The notes beneath the pieces were generated by a model. That model worked only from the letters and a program-made list of their open reading frames with translations, did not search any database and had not been told where the DNA came from. Made by a program: the position numbers and the translations under genes. A DNA stretch of 64,000 nt, from the IMG/VR virus record IMGVR_UViG_3300023174_000101, positions 34,361-98,360 of that record; one strand, written 5' to 3'. This DNA comes from a virus. Each line of letters begins with the position of its first letter. Within the stretch, counting starts at the first letter, position 1. Below, piece by piece: positions 20,901 through 30,351 of the stretch.

Positions 20901-20972
20901 ATTCTTCCAGTAGTACCGCTTCTGTAGGACCTTCTTTGCGTTTGTGTTGATCTCAGGAAACTTTGAAGACAT
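17943..20972 (-). CDS. nrdJ: class II (B12-dependent) ribonucleotide reductase with intein
   Basis: PNTPTL, LAACYV, GGGTG, RNGANMG, TNP/CGEQ, VAPTGT, SISKTINLP, YRDG, C-terminal Zn ribbon. Confidence 0.92.
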   Translation of the reverse strand: MSSKFPEINTNAKKVLQKRYYWKNPDGSFIESTPEELFERVAIFNSRAEFKFGTHEKSQEMHDRAYEMMRSLRWMPNTPTLANSGRDRGQLAACYVLPIQDSMEGIMDALKNQALVQKSGGGTGFNFGNIRERGALVKSTGHNAAGPIPIIKLMNYMMSEFITQGGIRNGANMGVLPDDHPDIEEFITFKHQDGSCASFNVSVAATDKFMNAVLNDLDWNLKSRADGKTVKTIKARQLFNHLVKSAWSTGDPGLLFIDAANRANPTPHVGHLSATNPCVTGETLIATENGLQPIVDIVRKNAAKKALSPSGELEDITQYIDSGVKKVYKVTTRRGYSVRATDNHRWPTEAGVKETRDLVIGDVVTLQPKMHREPVNQDNFSFGELVGWLIGDGYLSHMESKSRMAGIVVGGPDFAYVEHINGLIAKHVGVPATAHVREQFNTTQLLSSRIWTWAVKDLGIIPHKAGEKEVPACVNNASMDVAAGFLRGLFSADGHVVYDSHKGNYGVRLTSKSEALISGAQVLLSRFGIYCTKYDRSREPREELFKHTLPDGSVQKYGSDGRCYELSITGSAVGYFASEIGFTQDYKTEKLNNILINHKLRETSRLDEIVSIDFDGEEETFCLTIEPTHRMCANGITISNCGEQWLLPNEACTLGHHNLAMYVKTDVVSPNWEDRFDWRQYEEDIYWGVRFLDNVIELNHYATAEIEKMHRDTNRKIGLGVMGFADMLIMLGIPYASEKARVAAEKIASFHRKHADLASFKLGKERGSFGSFEGSEVQKEGWSAMRNACRTTVAPTGTTAMIAGCSTSIEPVFGLLLRREQAGMIMYESHPLFESWLNSLSESKRNSVYEYYFAHNSLMGCLDVPEDIQLLFAQANDVQHKDHVLMQAVWQKHIDNSISKTINLPNSATEDDVRHAYILAWQNGCKGITVYRDGCRSHQALSTQKKADTQPQTNEVPAAAEVAPVEENIVANYSDAGGQLCPECNQNTLEMGGGCESCKSCGFSVCHIS
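19053..20141 (-). mobile_element. 363-aa intein with LAGLIDADG endonuclease
   Basis: CVTGETL...ATDNHRW...LVGWLIGDG...FLRGLFSADG...ANGITISN|C; interrupts the NPCGE active site. Confidence 0.92.
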
Positions 20973-21202
20973 GACGGTTGCGTTCTCCGGAAGAGGTAAT
21001 ATACTACTTAAGCATGCTGTCTGGATTGTTCTACTGTTTGTCTGTCGAACTTATGGCAGGAGGATTGAGGTGTTTGTATGTTTCACAAAGAGGTCTCATG
21101 TTTCTCTCCTGACTCAAGTCGCAAGGACAATTATAGGATGACCCGTTCCTTCCAGAAACCCATTCGCGTGTGTGTGCACTGATATATTGCCAGAAACATT
21201 AC

Positions 21203-21433
21203 TTATGTGCTTTCCTGGCGCGTCCTTCGTGCTCTCTTTGCTCTTGACTGCAGGCGGGCTTCACGCGCATGAACTTTACAGTGACGCACTTGAGTGCGAT
21301 CCTGTGGCTTAATGTAGCGTATCTGTGTGCACGACACGTGCTCGCACACAATCTTAAGCGAGTAGATGTTAGTATCGACCCTTTCATTCTCGCCGCGTTC
21401 GTTCACTTGTGTTGCGAGCTTTGGTTCCGTCAT
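21203..21433 (-). CDS. small Zn-ribbon protein
   Basis: IVCEHVSCTQIRYIKPQDRTQVRHCKVH; ATGA overlap. Confidence 0.6.
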   Translation of the reverse strand: MTEPKLATQVNERGENERVDTNIYSLKIVCEHVSCTQIRYIKPQDRTQVRHCKVHAREARLQSRAKRARRTRQEST

Positions 21434-22668
21434 ACATTCATTTTCTTTAACAGCGCGGCGGCTGCGGCGCAATCTTCTTCTTCTGAATGTTCTTCTATGT
21501 AGCGTTTCACGTATTCACGTACTTTCTTAACCCTACGTGCAGCGAGCGATGCGCTACAATTGTGGTGCTCGCCAATCTTCTTAGAGAAGTTCACACATTT
21601 GCCAATTAAGAAATGATCAGCACCGCACGTATCTGCAGGGTCAAGTGTTTTCTCGTGGCCACACTTGCCCTGGGTCTTAAATAACTTGCACCGCTCTGTG
21701 CAGATGGTGCTTGCGGATGCCACGCACTTCTTGCACATTTCAGCAGATGCTTCTGACTTTACAAGGATATCAAACACTTCCTTGGTCTTAGACACAGCTG
21801 TAGGATCACGCGGGTCGAGCGGCAAGTAGTTGTACAGTTTAGTTATGAGCCCGTCTATGAGTAGATCTTCCTCAAGTTCGGATAATGTAGTTTCCGTGTC
21901 CGCGCCGCTCGAAGTCTGTGCTAGCAGATCATCACCGCCATGAGCGCGTGCGTCTATGCGCACATTCTGCGATTCACAGTGAATACACTTACGGTTAAAC
22001 TGACGCTGCCAGGTATGGCCGCACGTTTTACACATGCGGAATTTCTTAGACCTATACGACGAATTGCCCGTTGGCCAATACTTGCACGTATCGGTGGAAT
22101 TGCATTTTGCACACGCGGACGAGTCCTCCTTGGTAGAGACACTAGACCCACCGCCACAGTCATCACACACCATCATGATGTTGCGCCTGTATGCTTTATT
22201 TAGCATATTGCGCACACCCATTATCCCCATATTCCTCAAGTAGTGAACTGGGTTGCAGTTGGTGTTGCGGTGCGCAAATGTGAGACCGCTCGTAGACTTC
22301 TCGTCGTCAGGGTCGTCCGTGTGTTGACCGTCAACCACGCGAACAGACACGATTTCGCCAGTCATGCTTGCCCTTGGGAGATACTTAAATACCGCCTCCC
22401 AAAAGGTAGACACAACATCTGACATGTCGGTGCCGAAGCTGGCCGAATTGCCAGCCTTACCACCGTTGTGCTTATAGCGTTCGTGTTCGAACGTCTTACG
22501 AATGATGCCTTGCCTGTTTACGTCCCAAATATTATATCCTTCAACTCCGGATATAAGATCCATAGTCGTCTGTAAGGCGTCTTTGTCTACTTCATTCGTG
22601 GCGACTGAGTGTTGCAACTTGGCTACGACTTGATTCGCAGTCTCGTTTTGTACCCACTTTGTACTCAT
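21430..22668 (-). CDS. sigma70-like factor with Cys-rich insertions (putative)
   Basis: Region-2-like DVVSTFWEAVFKY...YLRNMGIMGVRNML; region-4-like KKIGEHHNCSASLAARRVKKVRE; several CxxC pairs. Confidence 0.5.
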   Translation of the reverse strand: MSTKWVQNETANQVVAKLQHSVATNEVDKDALQTTMDLISGVEGYNIWDVNRQGIIRKTFEHERYKHNGGKAGNSASFGTDMSDVVSTFWEAVFKYLPRASMTGEIVSVRVVDGQHTDDPDDEKSTSGLTFAHRNTNCNPVHYLRNMGIMGVRNMLNKAYRRNIMMVCDDCGGGSSVSTKEDSSACAKCNSTDTCKYWPTGNSSYRSKKFRMCKTCGHTWQRQFNRKCIHCESQNVRIDARAHGGDDLLAQTSSGADTETTLSELEEDLLIDGLITKLYNYLPLDPRDPTAVSKTKEVFDILVKSEASAEMCKKCVASASTICTERCKLFKTQGKCGHEKTLDPADTCGADHFLIGKCVNFSKKIGEHHNCSASLAARRVKKVREYVKRYIEEHSEEEDCAAAAALLKKMNV

Positions 22669-22674
22669 GCGCTC

Positions 22675-23346
22675 CTACTTGCTTAGTCTACAGACACTGC
22701 ATAGCTTGACTTGAAAGCAGTCAGCCAGATGGATCGTCCTAGTGCTCAAGCAACCTGGGCCTGACTTTTGACATTTAATATCAAGAATGGTGCCGCCTGG
22801 CTTGTCCGGGTCTGCACGGAACGTGCCAGCGATTGCCCATGAGTACTTTTTTACCACAGCGTCCTGCGACTGTGAATCACTGTATACTGGCACCTTTTGT
22901 TTCTTGGGCTGGCCCGCATGCTTAGGTGGCTGTCCTGACGCCATGCGGGCGACTTCGTTCTTCGTCTTCTCGCGCTCGCGCTTGGCCTTGTTAATCTCCT
23001 TAAGCTTTTCCTTTACGTCTTCTGGCATTGGCGGAGCGTCACTGTCTAGAGGCTTAATTTTGCCTTTAGCCCACGAGCCCAAGTAGTGCTGCTCGAACTT
23101 CTGCCGCGCCTTCTCTAAATACTCTGCTTTCTTTTCTGCGTTGGCCTCAAGTGACGCCAGAAATAAATGCTTCATAGCATAATCTGGAATTTCAAGCTTG
23201 TATGGCTCCAAATACTCAGAATACAACCGTTTCATTTCCTGCACTACATCGTCAGGCATCTCTACATCTACATACGGTGTAAGATCAGTGGTTGGCAGGA
23301 CGTGTGGCACGCTTGCGCTTTGTGTCTTTTTTATGTGCTTTTTCAT
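22675..23346 (-). CDS. Lys-rich protein with C-terminal Zn ribbon (start uncertain)
   Basis: IKCQKSGPGCLSTRTIHLADCFQVKLCSVC. Confidence 0.6.
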   Translation of the reverse strand: MKKHIKKTQSASVPHVLPTTDLTPYVDVEMPDDVVQEMKRLYSEYLEPYKLEIPDYAMKHLFLASLEANAEKKAEYLEKARQKFEQHYLGSWAKGKIKPLDSDAPPMPEDVKEKLKEINKAKREREKTKNEVARMASGQPPKHAGQPKKQKVPVYSDSQSQDAVVKKYSWAIAGTFRADPDKPGGTILDIKCQKSGPGCLSTRTIHLADCFQVKLCSVCRLSK

Positions 23347-23630
23347 CTTCTTGACTCTCAAATGCATATGCTGGTGAGTTTGGATCTTCGTAAACGCCGC
23401 CAGTGCCAGCCAGCACGGACAGTGGTGTGCATCCGAATATGCTATACACGTGTGGCGAGCATATAATACCCCACGCGAGCGCAACTACAGTTAGCCATTT
23501 TGTGAAGTGTAAGGCACCTATAAACAACTTAAACGCAGATTTGATTATGAATATCCAACCCCTTGCTGGTAGGGTCAAATAGACTATCATTCCACCAAGG
23601 ATCAGAATAGTCCATGGGTATCTCATATGT

Positions 23631-25079
23631 TTAGATACAAGCCATAATCGCGTCGTGGTCTTCGTGCATCATGTGTGCCACTTCTGCGGCAATTTCAAGC
23701 GTGAGGTCAGTTGCATTTGTCTTGTCTCCCTTGCAGACTTTGTATGCTACCAGGGCCTGGATTAGAGCGCGGAGGAACGTACTGGACGTTGGAGCTACTC
23801 CATCGAACGCTGCCGAGTTTAGAACAACTACACCACCATCAAGGATCGAAATATGATCACGCTTGAAGACTAGCGTCGGCTTGTACTTGCGGAACTCAAC
23901 CCTTGGCTCGAATCCGGCCAGCCTATTCACAGCAAACGTCAGGAAAGCTGTGATCTGCGCGTTTGGGTCTGCGTTATGCCATTCTATCTCTTCGCCAGCA
24001 TCGGAACGTTCGACTTCCTTGGCAATGGTCTCTGCGTCCGATACCACGCTCTTCACCGCGTCCACTACGGACCTGGCCATATTGTCGGTGTCAATTACCG
24101 TATAGCCGTTGGCAGACAGGGAAGCGTTCGCATCCCGGTTCGTGCTCTTTACTGCGGCCTTGCTTACATCACCGAACATGACCTCTACGTACTTCTTCCG
24201 GCACGAGTGGCTCGCATAGATGAGCGCCTCCTCTACCCACTTGTCCTTGAGGTCCTTCTTGGACCACGTGTTCACGGCCTCCTCAAGGCAGAGTGCGAGC
24301 AGGCAGCGGGTGTAATACCCAGACACGGAGGTACGGTCGTCGGACAGCGGAATGCGCTGCTCTACATTGATGTGGAATGGCGTGTCGATGTTCGTGACCG
24401 GCACTCCCATTTCATACAGGAATGCAGTCTCGTTGGGCTTTGTGTAGTACAACTCCACGTCAGCTGTACGATACTCAGTCGTCTGCACGCCATCCTTAAT
24501 AACCACAGTTTCAAGGTGGGCCCTAGTAGTCATGTTCGGCTTACGGCTACGCACGCGCTTGCCGCTAACCACCAGCGCCTTGCCGTGCTCTACTATAAAA
24601 CCATTGAGATGCTGCTCAATGTCTATGATGTCACGCTCTGTCCAGCCGTCCACTTCGGCGGTCAGCCGCGTGCCCTTTTTGCGGTTGTTCCTCACGACCG
24701 TGCGGCCTTCCTCAAACTGGACCGTGAACCCAATGGTCTCAATCGAAGCCACGCGGGCAGCTGCAATAAGCTCCTTTACGCCACGACCCTTGCGGCCACG
24801 GGACGTGGGGCTGTCCTCCTTACTGGTCATGAACACCGTGGTCACATGTTCAGGACTCTGCACGCCCGTTGGCGAGTTGTCCTCGACCTGCACCCGAACA
24901 CCAGTGTCTGTGCGTTCGAGCTTCACGTTGATTACGTTCGCATCGGCTTGGTCTAGTGCATTGGAGATAGCCTCGCGGACCAAGTGCTTTGGGCCACGAC
25001 CGGCGTTCATCCTGCGCCAGCCTTCATTGGAGAGTTCGAAGCGATTGGAGCTGGTGGACAGTACTAGTTCGTTTGACAT
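23631..25079 (-). CDS. GHKL (HATPase_c) ATPase-domain protein
   Basis: REAISNALD, VEDNSPTG, SRGRKGRGVK, GTRL. Confidence 0.8.
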   Translation of the reverse strand: MSNELVLSTSSNRFELSNEGWRRMNAGRGPKHLVREAISNALDQADANVINVKLERTDTGVRVQVEDNSPTGVQSPEHVTTVFMTSKEDSPTSRGRKGRGVKELIAAARVASIETIGFTVQFEEGRTVVRNNRKKGTRLTAEVDGWTERDIIDIEQHLNGFIVEHGKALVVSGKRVRSRKPNMTTRAHLETVVIKDGVQTTEYRTADVELYYTKPNETAFLYEMGVPVTNIDTPFHINVEQRIPLSDDRTSVSGYYTRCLLALCLEEAVNTWSKKDLKDKWVEEALIYASHSCRKKYVEVMFGDVSKAAVKSTNRDANASLSANGYTVIDTDNMARSVVDAVKSVVSDAETIAKEVERSDAGEEIEWHNADPNAQITAFLTFAVNRLAGFEPRVEFRKYKPTLVFKRDHISILDGGVVVLNSAAFDGVAPTSSTFLRALIQALVAYKVCKGDKTNATDLTLEIAAEVAHMMHEDHDAIMACI

Positions 25080-25136
25080 AGTGGTTTAGTGTTCCGCCTT
25101 TGGGGTCCCGCGCCGCGCCGCGCGCACACGAATATC

Positions 25137-25152
25137 TGCAATGGCCGTGCCA
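25137..25152 (-). promoter_or_regulatory. sigma54 -24/-12 promoter
   Basis: TGGCACG-GCCA-TTGCA, a perfect consensus, intergenic. Confidence 0.8.
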
Positions 25153-25373
25153 GGCCGGGCTCAACTTACAGTACTACGTTATGACCGGAAATCCACTCAG
25201 ACACCACACCGGACACGCTCGCCAGGTCTGCAGCCTCATCCTTTGTGATGTCCGTCTTTACACCAGTTTTGTGGTCTACTATCTGGAACGAACCTACTTG
25301 CGTAACAATAAGTGAAAACCGGCCAATTGTACATATTAACCAGCCGGTCTCACCTAAATTACCTACATTGAAA

Positions 25374-25829
25374 TTACGCTTTTCCATCGTCGTAATTAAT
25401 TGGTGGGTTGAACTTGATGTAGTCTCTGATGTTGCGAGTTGCAGCTCTTGTGAGACGTGCATCCTCCATCTCCTGTTCAACCTTTGGATTCGGCACGATT
25501 CCGAATCCTTCTTTGTTAAAATGACCAACTAGTATCTTACAAGGAAACGCGCAAATCTTGTATCCGTCTATATCAGTAAATGGAGTAGCGTACACATTGC
25601 TTGTTCCATTCTCTATCTCTTCTTCGTATTCTACTTCATCTGATATTATGGTAACGGATGGAGAGTAGAAGCGAGCCATCAGCAGAGAACTCGCATTAGA
25701 AGGATTGTACTCCACCAACAGATCCGAATAAATGTTACGTACGTACAATACCGCATCGAGTAGCTTCTGTTTGTCTTTTACGTCAACTGTTAAATACGCT
25801 ATTGCAGCGTCAGCTTTTAGTATCCCCAT
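25374..25829 (-). CDS. hypothetical protein
   Basis: ORF fits the tiling. Confidence 0.6.
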   Translation of the reverse strand: MGILKADAAIAYLTVDVKDKQKLLDAVLYVRNIYSDLLVEYNPSNASSLLMARFYSPSVTIISDEVEYEEEIENGTSNVYATPFTDIDGYKICAFPCKILVGHFNKEGFGIVPNPKVEQEMEDARLTRAATRNIRDYIKFNPPINYDDGKA

Positions 25830-25903
25830 ACCTTAGCCTTATGAAATTGGCCACACAAAAGTGACATCAAAATCATAGGATCATGAGGCATGGTGGAACT
25901 AAC

Positions 25904-26314
25904 TTATGAATTTTTACTCTGCTTTATGGAGTCGATTTCGGCACGCAGATCTGCATTCTCGGCCTCAAGTTCGAGTGTCCTGGCCTTAAAATGCATGCTT
26001 ACGTTCGCGTGCAGAGCAACTTGGTCATTGGCCTGTCGTACAATTTTCGACATGTGTTGACACCACTGGCACATATCGTTGTGCCTGTGTATGTCCCAAG
26101 CGGTTTGTATGTTAGTCCAGAATTCCTGTGTCGTGCCCAACACAACAGCCAATTTAGATGCTATCTCATCTGTGACTGGCTGAACACCACACATTATTCT
26201 ATGCACTGTGTCTATAGACAAGCCCGCTAGCCTAGCTAGCTTAGACGCATTCATGTCCATGTTCATGAACTTATGAACTAGTATCGAGCCTGGAGACTGT
26301 GTATCTCTACTCAT
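25904..26314 (-). CDS. HigA-like XRE HTH protein with coiled-coil tail
   Basis: PG...LARLAGLSIDTVHRIM.G..PVT.EIA.KLA.VLGTTQEFWTNIQ.AWD. Confidence 0.75.
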   Translation of the reverse strand: MSRDTQSPGSILVHKFMNMDMNASKLARLAGLSIDTVHRIMCGVQPVTDEIASKLAVVLGTTQEFWTNIQTAWDIHRHNDMCQWCQHMSKIVRQANDQVALHANVSMHFKARTLELEAENADLRAEIDSIKQSKNS

Positions 26315-26687
26315 ACTTGGCGTCTTCTGCTTTGCACTTCGCTATGTGCTTCTTGCCGCATGGTTGACATAATGTAATATACCAATTGGCATACCATGCG
26401 CGGTTGTTGCCTTCAGCACCGCATTCTTCGCACGTGCGTGCAGAAGCGCCTTCTGCCTTACGTATGAGTTCATACATCTCATCAGATGCGGATCCAACGT
26501 AGAACCTCAGAGTGCCATACTTTTCTTTTACTTGCTCTAACTGCTTATCCCATCCGGCAGCAATGAGGTCTTCGATTAGTTTTTCTACGATGTGCGTCCA
26601 TCCAGGACCGAACCATGCTCCGCACCTTGGATAATGTATACCGTATTTAGCTAGAAGTGCTTCTGCATTGTCATTGCGGTCTGGCAT
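26307..26687 (-). CDS. conserved phage protein (QVKEKYGTLRFY, CEECG)
   Basis: Motif recognised as common in phage proteins. Confidence 0.7.
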   Translation of the reverse strand: MPDRNDNAEALLAKYGIHYPRCGAWFGPGWTHIVEKLIEDLIAAGWDKQLEQVKEKYGTLRFYVGSASDEMYELIRKAEGASARTCEECGAEGNNRAWYANWYITLCQPCGKKHIAKCKAEDAKYE

Positions 26688-27289
26688 GTCTACACGTCCT
26701 TAACTGTGTCGCGCTCGTATTTTTCCACAGCAAGCCCAATCGCGTCCATAATCTTATCAGAGAACGAACCGCTACGATCCCACAGTTCGTCTATTAAGTT
26801 CATAGCTACATCGTATTCGTCCTGGGACCCGATATCTGGTATGACGATTGGTTTAGATGTATGCACATCGGACACGCTTTTAATGCGCCACTTATATCTG
26901 GACCTGTTTGCCTCGTACGGAAAGAACTCCGCCTGTGACTTTAAATCGCTTACGCAGATAGACATGGACGCGTCGTCTTCCACATCTACTTCGTATATTA
27001 GTGTCACGTAAACATTAGTCTTCATTGGTTAGCGCCTTGCGTGCAATGTCAGAACAAACCACAGTTCCAGGTGCCCCGCAATGGGATGCTATACGCATGA
27101 GAGCCGCACGCAGACGTGTATTTTCTGCCTGCAGCTCGAGCATTGTCTCAGTGACCCTGCTGTTTGCATTTGCTTGAATTGCTAGTCTGCGAATTTCAGA
27201 TCTGCTGTTAACGGGCATGTTCAGTCCTTCCACATCACAAAAGCAGTCAGCCCTATCCCAGCTATAGCACTTCAAGCATAAATTGTACA

Positions 27290-27826
27290 TTACTTCGCCC
27301 AGAGTTTCTCTAGCTGGTAGTTGATACTGTGCATCTCAGTGGCGACCTCATGCAGCATGTCGGAGAAATCAAGCATCGCAGTGGCCAAACTCTCAATGCT
27401 GTCTGCGTCTTCAATGTCAGTAAGCGAACAGTCAGCCTCAGCTGTGCCTGTGATGATTGATACCTTGGCGGCAAGTTCGTCTAGTCGCTTCTCTAGCTTG
27501 GCAGTGATTTGCTTCTTGTTAGGCTTGGGTACCTTCTTTGCTGTCTTAGTGTTTGGCTTCTTCTCTACCTTCTTAGTCTTCTTGCTCATTTTATCCTCCA
27601 GTTTGTATTCGTACTCGTATCCATGCTGTTCAAACGCACGATTCAGTGCATCTAAAGTCAGCTGATTGAACGCTTCGTCCGTCCACTCATCCCATCCCAA
27701 TGCAGCAACAAGCTTATCCTTGAAGTCGTCAGGCACATCAAAAATAATGGTGCACGTGCCGTCTTCGTTGTCTTTAACTTCTACGACCTTAATGCTGCCT
27801 ATGTCTTTGATGTCGCCAGATGACAT
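27290..27826 (-). CDS. hypothetical protein
   Basis: ORF; an internal RBS before MSKKTK suggests a possible second start. Confidence 0.55.
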   Translation of the reverse strand: MSSGDIKDIGSIKVVEVKDNEDGTCTIIFDVPDDFKDKLVAALGWDEWTDEAFNQLTLDALNRAFEQHGYEYEYKLEDKMSKKTKKVEKKPNTKTAKKVPKPNKKQITAKLEKRLDELAAKVSIITGTAEADCSLTDIEDADSIESLATAMLDFSDMLHEVATEMHSINYQLEKLWAK

Positions 27827-28567
27827 TTACTTTACCCTCATGAGTCTTACTACTGCATGAACCCTGGATTTCGCATCTTCTAGGCTTGAAGCAGGACCAC
27901 GAGCAATTACCGCACCTGCAGCCCTACTAACCTGCCAATAATAGTACACAGGTCCACTCGGTGAATCAGTCTCCCTGATTGACCATGAGTACCTACCATC
28001 AAGGCCCCAATGTCTACCGTCAACTATGGTCTTCATTTCGGCTCCGGGGTTGGGATTGAACGTACACGTTGCGCATATTCTGCGCCAACAGTAGTCTTAG
28101 CATTGTACGTGGGTGAAATTTCTACAGTTTGTGCGGCAAGCTCGCGCATAAGCTCCGCCCCACGCTTGAACGCCTCAATCTGTGCCTTGCTCATTTTGCG
28201 CATAATTTACCTATACTCATCACATTCACACTTGGTGCATCCGGTAAGCGGCAGGTGGTATACGATAGAGTGTGTGCAACGGTCACAGTCACCGAATGCG
28301 TTAGTGCACACGTGCGCAGGCTTCTTGTCGTTCTCTTTCATGTCTGATCTCCTGGATCTTTGGGCTGGTCGTTTAGTACAATTGCTGCATATGTCTTAAG
28401 CTCTGACGAATCCGGTAGATGCTTAATTGCCTCGGCAAGTAAACTTGCGAGTAACTTGTTACGCACGTTTAACTGGTCAATCTTGTCGTTACACTTCTTG
28501 GCGAGATCGCACATCAGGCACGGCTTCTTGCCTGGAGAATCATCCTTACACTTTACGCAGTCGCCCA

Positions 28568-29128
28568 TTATTTAGACTTCGCCTCCGGTGGATAACCGCC
28601 AAGGATACGGTCAATATACCACTTCGCCTTCTGCAGGTCCTCAGTCCCGCCCTTCCGCTTCCAGCGCCACAGGTACTTGATAGCATTGCCCGTACAGAAA
28701 GCCTCGATGCCGTCCAGGCTCTCGGTCGCGGCCTCAATGGCGTCAATACACTCAATCTTTCCGCCGTAATGTGCCGGATGGTCCACATTCTCAAATAGTT
28801 CACGAATTTCTTCAGACGTATACTCATTAGCAGGTTCAGATTTTAGCTTGTTATATGCAGCCATAGCCTCCTCCCTTGCAGCTTCAAGTCCACGCACAGT
28901 GCTGCCAGTAGCATGCAACAATTGGCCTTCAACGGTGACCCATGCGTTCCAGATTATCGGATCTAGTTCATTCCCGTATGTGTCAATATCTACATCTACA
29001 GTAAGACTGCTAGCATCATCCGGTGTCATGATCCATCGGGAGTGATTTGCATCAAAATCTACATGCTCTTCCCACTTCGGTCCATCGCTTGTCTTCTTAC
29101 GCTTCGCAGGTGCATTCTTGGTCTTCAT
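28568..29128 (-). CDS. DUF3310 (T7 gp1.7-like nucleotide kinase) domain protein
   Basis: VDHPAHY...ECIDAIE...FCTGNAIKYLWRWKRKGGTEDLQKAKWYIDR. Confidence 0.85.
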   Translation of the reverse strand: MKTKNAPAKRKKTSDGPKWEEHVDFDANHSRWIMTPDDASSLTVDVDIDTYGNELDPIIWNAWVTVEGQLLHATGSTVRGLEAAREEAMAAYNKLKSEPANEYTSEEIRELFENVDHPAHYGGKIECIDAIEAATESLDGIEAFCTGNAIKYLWRWKRKGGTEDLQKAKWYIDRILGGYPPEAKSK

Positions 29129-29675
29129 ATCCGCCCTCGCATTTTGCGCAGTTATACCACTTAGTGCTGTTAAGTGCTTCGCGTAGCTGCTGCCTAACAT
29201 TAGGGTTCTTGTTGAGTGCACGTACAAGCTGGGCAAGCAGTTGCTCGTCTGCCCAATCCTCTACATTCTCTGCATCATTCAGATTAAGTTCACTCTGCTT
29301 CTTGAACTTTGCACTGCCCTTCGGCATAAACCATGATGCCCCACATGGCTCACACTTTACACCAACTTGGTCTGCAAGCCTAGGATTAAACTGGTAAAAC
29401 TGTACAACACCACCGTATGCACGGCAGTGTGGACATGTCATATCTACAAATTCAGGCTCAGGTGCGTATATGTGCAGCTTATCATTACTAATGGTCATGC
29501 CTTGCAAGGTTATACTGTCATTATTCGCCAGCATCGTATTGTCAGATACGGTAATGTTGTACTGATGCGATACTGCGCCAGGTGCACCTGCAGGTGTAAT
29601 ATGCACAGGCGAATTGCAGAAGCATACCGACGAGTACGGCGCACAGTATTTACATGAATTTACTGCAGTTGTCAT
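29097..29675 (-). CDS. Cys-rich hypothetical protein
   Basis: Several CxxC pairs. Confidence 0.55.
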   Translation of the reverse strand: MTTAVNSCKYCAPYSSVCFCNSPVHITPAGAPGAVSHQYNITVSDNTMLANNDSITLQGMTISNDKLHIYAPEPEFVDMTCPHCRAYGGVVQFYQFNPRLADQVGVKCEPCGASWFMPKGSAKFKKQSELNLNDAENVEDWADEQLLAQLVRALNKNPNVRQQLREALNSTKWYNCAKCEGGYEDQECTCEA

Positions 29676-30351
29676 AACTTATCCTCAAGCACACGGCGTG
29701 CCGCCTCTGTATCCCTTTGATGCCAGCCGGGACACGTACATGCTTCATCTACGCATTCATACTTCTCGCATACCTTCAACGCACGCTTCAAATGGATCTC
29801 CATGGCCAACATACGCACACCCAACCTGCGTATCTCAGCCATGGCGTCCTTTAACGTAGTTATGGCTTGTGTCACTCGAGCCCCATTAATTGTGGCTCAA
29901 TTAGTTTCGCCTTTGCTGCTGCAACAGCCCGCTTATGGATAGTGTCTTTACACTTGCCACAAATCATGCCCTTTTCGAGTACGTTGCCGCCGTCGCATGC
30001 GACTTGCGAACTACATACTTCCATCAGCTTCTTTGGTTTGTGCGCCATTGAGCTTTGACTCCAATTCTGCTACCTTCGCGTTCAGCCTGCGTACTTCATT
30101 GACCAACCTCTGCGCGTCGGCAATGGTTGGCCAATCAAATATGACATCCAACTGCTCGTCACTGATTGGTGTTACTCTTATAGCTGTGGGCCCCACAGGA
30201 GCACGCGTGCCAATCAAGAAACCAACCGCAGCCTTTAATGTGCTTAGCATGCTCCACGTCCTTAGAGCTCACTGCGCTGCTGAACACAGCGCAGGAGCAT
30301 TGGGTCCAGTCACGATGCCAGTGACATGCGGCATCGTGTCTTACATCTTGT

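Noticed and set aside
23976-24956. Long plus-strand ORFs (also 30694-31713, 50809-51627, 53824-54945, 59596-60528)
   Set aside because: Antisense shadows of GC3-biased minus-strand genes, with no motifs.
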